NCBI GenBank assembly: GCA_002633005.1
Contig: NMRA01000036.1
Coordinates: 1,164,139-1,228,138 of the forward strand
Length of the DNA: 64,000 nucleotides
Direction of reading: 5' to 3'
Origin: Phoronis australis
Lineage: Eukaryota; Animalia; Phoronida
Positions 37,242 through 49,900 of the stretch are shown here, piece after piece; the first letter of the stretch is position 1, and every line of letters starts with the position of its first letter. The position numbers and the translations under genes were made by a program. Under the pieces are notes generated by a model, which saw nothing but the letters and a program-made list of their open reading frames with translations, did no database searches and had not been told where the DNA came from.

Positions 37242-40200
37242 ACTCTGCGCGTGCAAGCGCAGACTACTGTTATTCTTCTTATTACACTGCGCCTGCAAGC
37301 GCAGAGTTTTACTGTTATACGTATTTTATCTTCTTATTCTTATTACTCTGCGCGTGCAAGCGCAGAGTTTTACTGTTCTACGTATTTTATCTTCTTATTA
37401 CTCTGCGCGTTCAAGCGCAGAGTTTTACTGTTCTACCTATTTTATCTTCTTATTCTTCTTATTATTTTTCTTCTTCTTCCTTCCTTCCTTTTCATATTTT
37501 TATTACTCTTACATTCATTCATTTAGAACAATAATATTCATTGTTATTGATAAGATAGTTAAGGGATTTATATTGATAATATTTTTTCGACCCTAAATGC
37601 ACTAGGATGACCTGAAACGGGTCAATTAGTGCATTTTTTCAAAATGCTTCTTCTATAGTTTTTTAGATAGACTCTTCGAATTTTGTTAACAAGTAGGGAC
37701 TATAGAAGTGCATCAGAAATTTACACGGATTTCCAATCGGACCAAGGGAACCGAGTTTCCCGGTCAAAGGTCATTAAGTGCAGAAGTGATTTTTGAGCTA
37801 GACCTTTCATAATCATGCATATGATTACCATTCATAAAGGAAGTTCAGTCACAAACTTTGGAGTCACTAGGTGCAACTTTGGGGTCATTAAGTGCACTTT
37901 TCTGTTAAATTTAAGACTTTTTCAATCAGGTTGTACTTAATTGATGCATCAGTGAGAGCGTTCAAATTATGGTGGTTCAACCAATTGCCGATCAAATTCT
38001 ATTGATCCCATGGATTTGACTCAAAATGCACCGGATTGCCCCAAAAAGGGTCAAGGAATGCATTCCGTCGAATTGCTTCTCCTTCTACAGGTTTTTAGAT
38101 AGACTCTTCGAATTTTGATAGCAAGAAGGCACTAGAGATCTGCATCCCAAATTTACTTGGAATTTCAATCGGATCAAAGGAACCGAGTTTCCGGGTCAAA
38201 GGTAATTAAGTGCAAAAGTGATTTTTTGAGCTTCAGGTTTCATAATCATGCATATGATTACCATTCATAAAGGAAGTTTAGTCACAATCTTTGGGATCAG
38301 TAAGTGCAGTTTTGTGTAAGTTTTTAATCAGCTTGTACTTAAATGATGCATTAGGAAGAGCGTTCAAATTCATGATGGTTCAGCCAATTGCCGATCAAAT
38401 TCTATTGATAATACGTGTAATGACCCAAAATGCACCATAGGACCGCAAGAGGGTCAACCAGTATAATTCTTTGAAGTGCTTCTCCTTCTGCGACGTTTGA
38501 GATTGCCTTTTCAATTTCCTGAACAGCTTGGTGCCATATAAGAGCACCCACAGTTTTCATGGAATTTCGATCTGATCAACTGAACCGAATTTCTGGGAGA
38601 AAGGTCAGTAAGTGCAAAAGTGATTTTTGAGCTAGACTTTACATAATCATGTATATCATTTTCATTCGCAAAGGAAATCCATTCACAAATTTTAGGGTCA
38701 TTAGGTGCAACTGTGGGGTCATGAAATGCAGTTTTCTCTTGATATTCTAACTTTTCTCTCTTGCTCTTTCATAGTTTCCAGGGACATCTCTCTCTTTCAC
38801 ACAAAAGATGCAACTTCCATGCAATGCAATGTAATGCGTCTGTACTCCATTCTGCATGTGCGTACACCACGCGCAGAGTTGTAAGTGCGCATACGCATTT
38901 GCGTTCTAGTTCTTTTTATTATTATTCTTATCCATTTAGAACAATAATATTCATTGTTATTGATACGGTAGTTAAGGGATTTATATTGATATTTTTTCGA
39001 CCCTAAATGCACTACGATGACCTGAAACGGGTCAATGAGTGCATTTTGTCAAAATGCTTCTTCTTCTACAGTTTTTTTAGATAAACTCTTCCAATTTTGT
39101 GAACAAGTAGGGACTAAAGAAGTGCATCAGAAATTTACACGGATTACCAATCGGACCAAGGGAACCGAGTTTCCGGGTCAAAGGTCATTAAGTGCAAAAG
39201 TGATTTTTGAGCTAGACCTTTCATAATCATGCATATGATTACCATTCATGAAGGAAGTTCAGTCACAAACTTTGGGGTCACTGGGTGCAACTTTGGGGTC
39301 ATTAAGTGCATTTTTTTGTTAAATTTAAGACTTTTTAAATCAGTTTGTAATTAATTGATGCATTAGTGAGAGCGTTTAAATTCATGGTGGTTCAACCAAT
39401 TGCCAATCAAATTCTATTGATCCCATGGATTTGAACTGAGTTTCCGGGTCAAAGGTCATTGAGTGCAAAAGTGCATATGATTACCATTCATAAAGGAAGT
39501 TTAGTCACAAATTTTGGGGTCACTAGGTGCAACTTTGGGGTCACTAGGTGCAACTTTGGGGTCATTAAGTGCAGTTTTGTGTAAAATTCAATATTTTTTA
39601 ATGACCTTGTACTTAAATGATGTATTAGGAAGAGCGTTCAAATTCATGGTAGTTCAACCAATTGCCGATCAAAGTCTATTGATAATACGTGTATGACCCA
39701 AAATGCACTATAGGACCGCAAGAGGGTCAACCAGTACAAACTTTGGGGTCATTAGGTGCAACTGCGTGGTCATTAGGTGCAGTTTTCCGCTACAGAGACA
39801 TCTCTCTCTTTCACACAAAGGATGCAACTTCTATGCAACGTAATGTTCCTATACTTCACTATGCACATGCATACACCACGCGCAGAGTTGTAAGTGCGCT
39901 CACGCAATTGCGTTCTAGTTCTTCTTATTCTTCTTACGACCAAATTTGAGGCTTAATAACTCGAAATTGGGTGCAGGTACGTTCTTTAAATTCAGCATAT
40001 GATTTTCGACAGTACATAAATTTTGATTTGTTATATAACCATATTCCATATTGCACCGGAAGGGGTCGTTTGGTGCAAAGGTCATATAATTTTCAAAATG
40101 CTACTCCTCCTTAAGTTTTAAAGCTATCTTTTTCAAATTCGGTGCACAGGCATAAGTCAGCATGACAAATTAAAAAATTACTTTTCTAAGTAATCGGGTC

Positions 40201-40889
40201 ATCCAATCAGGTTAAATAGTTCAAAGGTCATTAGGTGCAAACTAAAATTTTGAGCTGGACACTTCAAATTCACAGGTCTGATTGGCACAGGTAATTCAAT
40301 TCGGAATCCGAAGTTTCAGGTCATTTAGTGCAAACATGGGGTCATTAGGTGCATTTTTCTTCTGAAAATTTGACATTTTCAATCAGCAAGTATTCTGATG
40401 TGTCAACCGTTAGACAACTGTGATTCTCAGCATTAAGCACATTTTTCATGGGCTTTGCAATAATTCTCCTAGCGACGCTTATAATGCACCGGATAGGGTC
40501 AATTAGTGCAAAGGTCATGTAACGTTAGAAATGTTATATCTTACGTTTTTCAAGGAATTCTTTTCAATTGCAGCACACTGGTGTAAGTCAACATGTCAAT
40601 TCATTCATCTTGTATTCTGAAGTGCTTAAAGTAAAACATCTGAGATTTTTAGCATTAACCACACTTTTAATCAAGTTAACAATTATTCCCTTATCGGGGT
40701 TTATAATGCACCGGAAGAGGTCAATTAGTGGAAAGGTCATCAAAATATTAATATGTAATTTCTCCTACAATTTTGAAGAGTTCCTTTTCATATTGGTAAA
40801 CGCGTTGCTGTCAGTAACTTCCCATAATTCCAGTAATACGCACGCGCAGAGTCCATTATTGTCACGCCCTGACAATAATCTTTCTAGTT
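37242..40889 (+). mobile_element. Nested cluster of HINE-like family B elements
   Basis: Four heads ACTCTGCGCGTGCAAGCGCAGAGT (37242, 37284, 37345, 37400), TTC/TTA microsatellites, and three tails CACGCGCAGAGT + hairpin + CTAGTT (ending 38911, 39920, 40889). Confidence 0.85.
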
Positions 40890-43750
40890 TGTTATTACTG
40901 GACACCACGCTCTTTGAGTTATGTACTCAGCATGGTCTCGAGGAAGAATGAACTGTCAGTTCTCATCTGAGTAAGTTACAAGTTGAGACCAGTTTTGTAG
41001 CCATAAGTTGTTTAAACTGAAAGTTTGCGCTTTGGATTGAATGCAGGTTTCTTGTGCAATTAAAGTCAATTGTAAAATGAGTATTATGATTACAGATGCA
41101 GGAAAGCCTAAATGTGAATATCGCTAGAAATGTGACCATTTTGATGACAGATTTTTGTTTCTTAGGCTTTTCTTATAGAGATGCTTTGGTGAGATTTTAG
41201 TGGGACCAAACACTGATAGTGCTGTCGTTCAACAAAAAAATGGTAGATTTTTATTACATGCCCGTCGTATTAGCAGCTACCCTTTCGTGACAATTTTGCA
41301 CTTACATGTCTTTTGTACGAAAAAGATTGTCAAAATTATTTTGTATTTTTGAAAGGCTGACAACGCTGCTAGAAATAATCAAATTTACTGAATTTAAGAA
41401 TTGCTGTATAGTTCAAAATATGCTAAAATTTTGTAGAATTTACTTTATGTTTTTTGTTGAGAAACCAGACAAGATTTCTGCTCTTCTGAAATATTATGTG
41501 CAAAAGGATTGAATTATTTTGCAGTGTTTACTTTTTATCTGTTCTCCCTAAGTATTCACAGATACTGTATGTTTGCATGTTTTTGGTATTTTAGCCAGAC
41601 ATTGCTGAAGATGACATTGATATATCTGTAGACTTTTAAAAGAGCTTGGAATTTCATAAATACTCTAGGCCTAGAACAGCTTAATATACCAGGAATTTTT
41701 GCAAATGCTTCCAAAGTTATATGCGTGTTTGTATATTAAGAAAAAGTTCCATATATTGGTCCATGGGTCTACTTTTAGAGTCAAAATTATTAATTTCTCA
41801 GAATTTGTGGGATTTTTCTGGCAATTAACAGTCTCAACAAGAATCACTCAAAAAATTATTGTTTATGTAGGTTTTAAGACCAGTGATATTTACCTGGCGC
41901 TGGGGATGAACTGTTGCATGGTTTTGGGAAGGGGTTGGGTTTTTCTTCTGGCCACCTACGTGATAGGGAAATTAATCCTGTGTCTATCCTTTTGTAGTGT
42001 CAAAGCTACTTAAATACTTTGTCCGTTTTCTAATCGTATTTTGACCAAAAATGATGTAATTAAATACTTTGGAAAGATACCAAGATTGTGTATTTACATG
42101 GTAGTATCTATCATTATCCATGACATGAGCTTCTGTATTGCGAAAACCAGTCCTCCTCTCGGGATGTGTTTTAATTGTAGATTTTTAGGGTTTCACATTC
42201 CTTGCCTGTTTAAAGTTTACTCCATTTTTTGTGCATGGGTTGGTGAAGGGTTTCCTCAAAGGAATTGGTTATTTACATGAGTTGAAGTGTTTATATTTTG
42301 AATCTTTTCAATGTTGAACTGTTCTGCACAATGTGTGGATGAATTTTAATTATGTAATGAAAACCACGTTTTACGCATATTTCAGAAGTTGGGTCTGCAG
42401 GTTTATCAGTTATTTCCCCTCTCATGTACAAGCTTAGCCTACTAGGTGTGGAATGTATTGCCTGAAGGTGGGAATCAGTAAGAGCTTTTGCCCTGTTGTT
42501 TATTTTTCTGTTTTTTTACTTTGTTGTTTAGTTTTGCTTGTGCAGTTTGTTTATTATTTCTTAATGTATTATGCAAAGTCGCAACAAAATTACACCATGA
42601 AACACGACTCATGGATGCAGAAACATGCTAAATTGCAAGACTCATATTTGCTTGATTATTGTCACGGAAGCTATAATCCACACTTTTAGCAAAATTACTT
42701 GTACCTGTGTGTGTGTGTGTGCTGCAGTTTCTGAATAAAGGTTTTAATACAGAACATGTTCATGTTGAAACCCCAGAGCCATGGGAACATAGACTTTTTG
42801 CACCCTTTGCTCAGGCAATTGGTAAATTATTTTAAACTAGTCAAACATTTGACCTTTAAGTATCAATTGGTTTATGTATTATCAGATTTGTTTAAAAAAA
42901 TTTAGTTGGAGATACAGGTCAGTGTTTGTTTTTACTTCCACATACTGTTCAAAGGTCTTGGTAACATTTTGTATGCAGAGCCTAGGAGGTATAGGAGTAT
43001 GGTTATCTGCACAACACCCTTCGTGCAAATTAAGTCTGGTACTTGACCAATATAGTGAAAACTCTCTTGTCTACGACAGTCTGTAAGATTTGGGACACCG
43101 AAATTCAGTCCAAAATTCTTGTCCACTTGGGTGCAAATAGTGTTAGTGTACCAGTTGCCTTATGACAAGATTCTCAACAGACATGTAAATGTACAAAGTA
43201 AATACGACCACGCTTTTCTTTTATACACCCATTATTTTTTCCGAGGTCAGTTTTAGAGAATACAAGCCAAATCGCACCCGCAAGGTAGCAGCTTATTTTA
43301 ATCCTATTCAAATAGTAAAAGACACCGGCTGCGCTTCAACAGGACGTTGAAAGTAAGTTTTGTTATGTCGATCCATTTTGGTCAATTCTAAGGACGAAGT
43401 TTAACACAAAAGAAACCAAAAGTTAAGATCACAAAAGACAGTTGAGTGGGAAATGTTATTACTGGGTGAACGCAACTAAATTTTTCAAACGACTAACAAC
43501 GTATATCCGTTGTTTTATTTTGAAGTGAAGCACACAAGTACAACGATAAAACTGTGCCAATCCATTAATCTTATTTGTCTCGGACAATTCATAACATCAG
43601 TTTAATTCACAATCAGTAGTAAGGTTTATTATTTGTTTTCTTCAATACTCTTCTTTTCTGCTCTTTTTAGGTAGTTTATTTTTGAGGTTTGCACTCTCTT
43701 AGTTCCAATTCTTCAACTCTTCGTCCTGTTACAATGTGTTAATGTTCTCT

Positions 43751-43919
43751 TCACGATAACATGCCCGACTTAATCGCTGTTTGACTTTCCTGTTGTTCAA
43801 AGTAGTCTGTCACACAAGAGATTTTCAAGCAGTTCCCGAAGTATTTTAGTTCAGTCCCGTTTTCAACTCCAAAGACAACAATACGTATTCCTTTACTCTC
43901 CCAAAACTCAATCAGAGTT
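43751..43919 (-). CDS. GDE1: GDE1-like exon 6 (terminal)
   Basis: Reads TLIEFWESKGIRIVVFGVENGTELKYFGNCLKISCVTDYFEQQESQTAIKSGMLS, then TGA; tttcag acceptor; AATAAA on the minus strand at 43630-43625. Confidence 0.88.
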
Positions 43920-46900
43920 CTGAAATTAATTGTAACACTTAACAACATTTCAGTTTACTGGGTCCATCTGTTGTTTATCTACACTTTGGTCTAGAAATCC
44001 TATCCTTCGGAATGTACGAAGATCATGCCACTTTTAGTTAATCAGGATTTACGTTTTGGCGATTTTTTGCCTGTTAATATACACGCATTGAAACACAAAT
44101 GAAGTTTCGGACTACAATATACACGTATATGTACAATAGGTGGCCGAATCATAAAAAGTTTGTCCAATGAGCTATACCTGGTATAGCTCATTGGACAAAC
44201 TTTTTTTGCCATATTCCCTCAGTGTTGCAGTTAAAACACGAATGGAATTTATTTCGCAATATAACGCAAATAAGGAACTGTATTGCTATTAAAAATTTTC
44301 AATGATCGTGGAAAAATATTGCAGAAACAATCGCTGACATATTCCCAGATATTTTTTGAATCTATAAAATTAAAAAGCGAAACTCATGTTGTTTGATATG
44401 AATACGAGCGCACTTGACAATGCAGAGTCGTTCTCTGAGAAAAGAATGGACCGCTCTTCAGACACTATATTCCATCTACTCATTCCAAGATGATGCTGTT
44501 TCGATCCGGATTTCGCTGTCCGCGGTAAGGATTTTTATGTTTTTATCCCCTAAATGATTCAGACAGTAGGCCCTACAGTTTTTTGGCACCTATAAGCAAA
44601 CTGAAAGTAATTTTCCTAAAGGTTAAAATGATGTACACGCATACCTTTCCGCTGAAGAACAAAATTATAGGAAATTGCCAAATGCTCAAGCCTAAAATAT
44701 TGCCCTTTCTCGTGAAATTTTGTTGAAACATTGTACCAAAGTTTCTGGACCACGGGGGTTTGTCCTCCCCACAGAAACGTCCGCACACCTATGGCGCGGG
44801 GTGCAAATTGATGACGACCAAAGGAGACTGAAATGGGACGATACTGAGGCCGACTCTGAGACCACGTTCGCAAAATTTGTCGAAGTTGAATTAGTTAGTT
44901 CTTCGCCAACAACGTTTTCCAGCAATGATTATCAACCACAGCGTCACGCTGGTTGTGGCTGTAATTGTGTAACCCTTATACAGTTACGTTGACGTTTAAC
45001 GTTCAGCTAATCTAATCACTGAATGAAGGTTTTGCTATGTGATCAGTGACACATCACAGCCTAGAAATAATTTTCTTAGTACCTTACAGTTTCGGGTATG
45101 TTATCAGAGACTTTCTATACTTATGGTTAAGTCAAATTTATTTTTTTCACTCACAAGCTCTGCGTTGTTGAACTCTTGACCCCCAAGCTCATCATCACAA
45201 CAGATAAAAATACTGAAAACGCTCTGTCGTGGCGACACCGACTTGAAGAAATTGACTGAAAAGGTACAGGCAGAATAATGACGAAGTCAACTATACCATA
45301 AACAACATCGAAAACGTCGGACCTCTAAAACTATGACGTCGCTGACGACACTGAGCACCACAGATAGAAAAGTTGCAAATAATGACAACGTCGCTGACAC
45401 TGAACCAGTTCCAAAACCTACAATCCAAACACGTACGTCACCTAAACGTCACTGAAGACGACAGCGCTATAAAACGACCTTGACACCAACAAAGACCGCT
45501 GAGCGAAATTTCTGAATAGTTGTCGTTACAGCGGTATCTTGCGTCCACAATGACTGAAAAAGTGTAGAGCGAAGTTGTTCTTTTACCATGATGCAGCTTT
45601 TGCAAATCTGCTAACGAATGCAATTGCTTCCAATCTTAAGCCCTGTTTACATGATAGTATTTACACTCAAGTGTATATTTACGTATGATATTTGGTCATA
45701 TGAACGCAAATACATCCGGATGTAAAACAACACTCGGGTGTATAATTGCACCACCTCCAGAGGTCCTGTAAATGCAAATTTATACACGTGCAACTATACA
45801 CTAAGCACATGTGAACGTGATTTAAATTTACACACGGGTGTTAAAGCAAGATCACTCCGCAAAAGTGCAGTTACGAAATTATTTCTGTAGTTTCATCTTT
45901 TCTTCAAGTTGAAGCAACACCACTTCCCTTTAAAAGTCCAAAAAACCCTTTATTGTTGTGTGGTTTGGTAAGATCTTTTATTGTAATGCTGCATCTGATG
46001 CAGTTGATGCTTCTGCTGATGACGATGATAATGGAAATGATGCTGGGTGAAATTTCGCCGCCAGCTTTTTAATCCACGGTTTCACTGGACATCTTTAAGA
46101 GGTACATGCATACTTGTAACCTCATCAGGACAAATCAGCTTTTCAGTTCACTTTGCAAAAGTTCTTTTTTACTTCGAACTCTGAATTGCCAGTAGCCAGC
46201 ACGTCATGATCGCGACCCGACCAATACATTTTGTGTTAACATCACTAATGAAATATTCAATATCAGTAATCACAAACCAGAAAATAATCGAATAACAACG
46301 TTGTTGAAACAAATACCGCGAACAATGTTTCAGACACGGTCATTGTTATGCGACTTCCAGCGATATCACTCTTAGACCGCCGCAACTGGGAAATCTCAAA
46401 TTTATTCTTCTAAGTGATGGCCGCAGCATGACCTATCAAGTAGTCGGCTATAACTATATTAGTTTCAGGTATACATGAGAACAGGAAAACGCTTTCGTGA
46501 CTCCGCGAGGTTACCAACAGTGCGGTTGCCAAATCTTGTATGCAACTTGACCCCAACGGTTAACTTCTATTCGTTTGTACTACGCGGTAGAAAAACGAGT
46601 AGACCTTATAGAAGGGCATCTGCCATCTGACAATTTTCAAACCACACTTTGTCGTTCAAATTTTCATTATTAAATGTGTTTTGCCACCAGTCCTTCTATC
46701 TTTCTTAATATATACTTGCCGGTTGAAAGATAGCTCCAAAAGCAATCCTTGGGGATCGATACCCGAGCCTCAGACCTTCCAAATTCAAGACAATTGTTGT
46801 GAAAAAATATTTTCTTAACTTACAAACGTTGCACGCGCCGACTTCGTTGCGAAATATATTGAGTATTGTGCGCAAATATTGCTTTACTTTTCCCCTATAC

Positions 46901-49900
46901 GATCGCGATGTTAATTTACGCTCACACCAGAGTGCATGGTGTATATTTACGTACAGGTGCAAAAGTGCTGCATATAAATGGGCTATAATCATCAGTAGAT
47001 CTCGAATAACTCGAGAACGGTAAGTTGTAGCGCGAAACAGGATCATAGTGATGAAATCTTCATGATGAAATCTATTCGCATACAAATTGAGAAAATCTGT
47101 CGAAGTTCACCGGAAGTATAGTATGAGAAAACGCTCAATAAAAGATCAGTCATGAGAAAACTCCGAATAACTCGAGAATAGGAAATCCTAACGAGAAATG
47201 GATGCGGCATTTTAAATAATCGTTGTCGAGATTTATCCACGTACCAAATTTCAGAAGAATCCCTTAAATGACGCAAACCGAAAATTTGAAAATTGTCCGT
47301 AACAGCGCCACCATTTTGCCTTTAAACAATAGACCTCATGAGGTACACGTCGTGTGCATGACTTATCAGACCTGCAGCAAGAGTACAATAGAAAAACTCA
47401 CGAGTGACAAAGTTTCACTTCATTGTGTCAGGTAATGAAAGCGCGCTGATGGAGTGACACTTGGCGATATCGACAGAACGGGAGTATAAAGACGCCCACG
47501 ACACCAACAGCGATGTAGAGTACGACTTAAAACTAAAGCTTCCTGCTTGACATCAGTTCATGAAAATTAACCAGACGCCAGGTGCAAGGCGAAGTACATG
47601 TATGAGCATCACCGATCAATCCGGGACGGTCGCTTGTGGTCATGTGATGGAAACACAGTGACTTGGGGACATTTTTCTGGAAGGCAAATGCGAGCGAGCA
47701 TCGGTGAACTTCTTTGCCAACTTTTTCTGTCCTTGTCCATCTTTAATTTTCTATCTACTGCCCAAGTATGTGGGCGGTGATTGGAGGAGCCACACTGTCA
47801 ACACCCCCAGAAGTTACACGCCTCACCAGGCATTCTTCAAATGCCCGTATGACAAGACTTTCGCTGAACATATAGTCGGTGGGCCAGATTTTGTAGGGCC
47901 TCTAGAAAATGGTTTTTGTGAGTACTTTAGGGGGGCAATTTTATTTTGGTATTTTTTAATTCATTTATTAGAGTGTTTTCAAAATCTAAAAAGTTCCCAC
48001 AAATAAAGTTGCACATTTTTGAGAAATTTGAGTTTGAAGTTACCTAATAATCACCAAAGAGCTTAGTAAACTTATATTTGTAAAAACAACAGTTTTGGTG
48101 ACTTTTTTGTAAAACAAGTAATATGGTCCCATCAGTGCCATTGTATTGAACAATATTACACTCACATTACATGTTTTACTATTGTAAATTAATTGTAAAC
48201 AGTGAAATTTAAAAAACGTAAAGAGACACCTAGTGGCAAAAATNNNNNNNNNNNNNNNNNNNNNNNNNNNNNNNNNNNNNNNNNNNNNNNNNNNNNNNNN
48301 NNNNNNNNNNNNNNNNNNNNNNNNNNNNNNNNNNNNNNNNNNNNNNNNNNNNNNNNNNNNNNNNNNNNNNNNNNNNNNNNNNNNNNNNNNNNNNNNNNNN
48401 NNNNNNNNNNNNNNNNNNNNNNNNNNNNNNNNNNNNNNNNNNNNNNNNNNNNNNNNNNNNNNNNNNNNNNNNNNNNNNNNNNNNNNNNNNNNNNNNNNNN
48501 NNNTTTTTGGTCTGACACTTGCTCTTCTAGTCTACAGCACTCAGCAGTATACTGTGTAGGCTACCAGGACATGCAGCTGTTTTCTGCACAAACGTTTGTG
48601 ACACCTCTTCTTCTTTTTGATCTACTGATCTACAGAGTTCCACAGTCAATCAGCTTTCGTCAGGAAGCTTTCCTAAGCTTCTTTAGGCTCTGACATCACA
48701 ATTTTGTGCTGTTTGATAAACCTTGAATTATACAGGCATCACACTCCATGGGAGCAGCCATATTGAAGTAACTAAGCACAACAATACAATCTGGCTCTCT
48801 GATTGGTCAATTCAGTAGAAAAGCGCCATCAAGTGGCAGGAACGTGCATCATATTTTGTGCAACAAAAACACCTTTTTTTTAAAAAATGTGCAAGTGTAG
48901 ACGTGGGAACTTTTTGGAATTTGATTTATAGGTATATTATCTAGCCACATAGAAAAAACTAGGTTGCCCCCCCAAAGTACTCACAAGGATGAACGCTATG
49001 AGATCTGGCCCACCGACTAATAGAAGCATGTGCCTTTGCTTCACTAGGTGTAGGCGGTTATTAGCTCATTATGTGGGCACGTTTAAAGCTTAATTTTTAC
49101 TGTATTTTGTTTATTCATTTTACTTTGAATTTCACTTGAACAATTTATAAATTGTTCATTTGAATAGAATACATGTCATCATCTACCGCTTCGTCGCGGA
49201 AAGTTGGTTTTTATACTTAGGATTGACTTTACAAGCTCATGTTGCTGTGGTTTGAGTAGTCTCATAGGATGAACAAAATACCACCATTAAATTCCATTAT
49301 GCCTACTCCCAACTTTGTAAGACTTTCTTTAGCGATCACTCTTAAGACCGTGAGTAAAATAGATAAAAACATGGCGAATTTAGTCTAGGTCTCAAAAGGA
49401 CATGATTGGCGAAAAATGGATTTCTGCAATCAGGCTCAGCTCGGATTCGAGCGTGGAATCCCGGCGGTCGCAATCTAACGCTATACTGACAGGGCTAAAT
49501 CACAATCCGTAAATCGCGCAGTGTGTTTTAAACGTATTTAAATGGCAAAATCACCGGCCTTGTTTTCTATGAATGTCAGCAGACAACGGTAAGAATTGGC
49601 GACTTGTAATAAAACCACAAAAACAACGGATTTTGTTGTTTTGTAGGCATGACCAAAGCAAATAACTTAACGAAGTCTATTCCAACCAACAAAACCCTTA
49701 AAGATGACCTTTTCGGCCATAAAATCGACAATGTTCCTTTAGCCATCTCTACATAGTCCCATTTTTCACATATCACTTCGTGATTGTCGTACACAAACGT
49801 TACGACACACCTTTGCAAGATACATATATGACATACAGGAACAGAGCACATGCGATTTTGCCCTGACTTTCTTCGAGTCAGGAGAAGTCGTGTGCGATGT

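Noticed and set aside
44720-44992. ORF with faint C-type-lectin-like spacing (LWRGV...LKWDD)
   Set aside because: Lacks the cysteines and other motifs, has no clear splice sites, and is antisense within an intron.
48189-48693. Long ORFs in the track
   Set aside because: Artifacts of translating the N gap.
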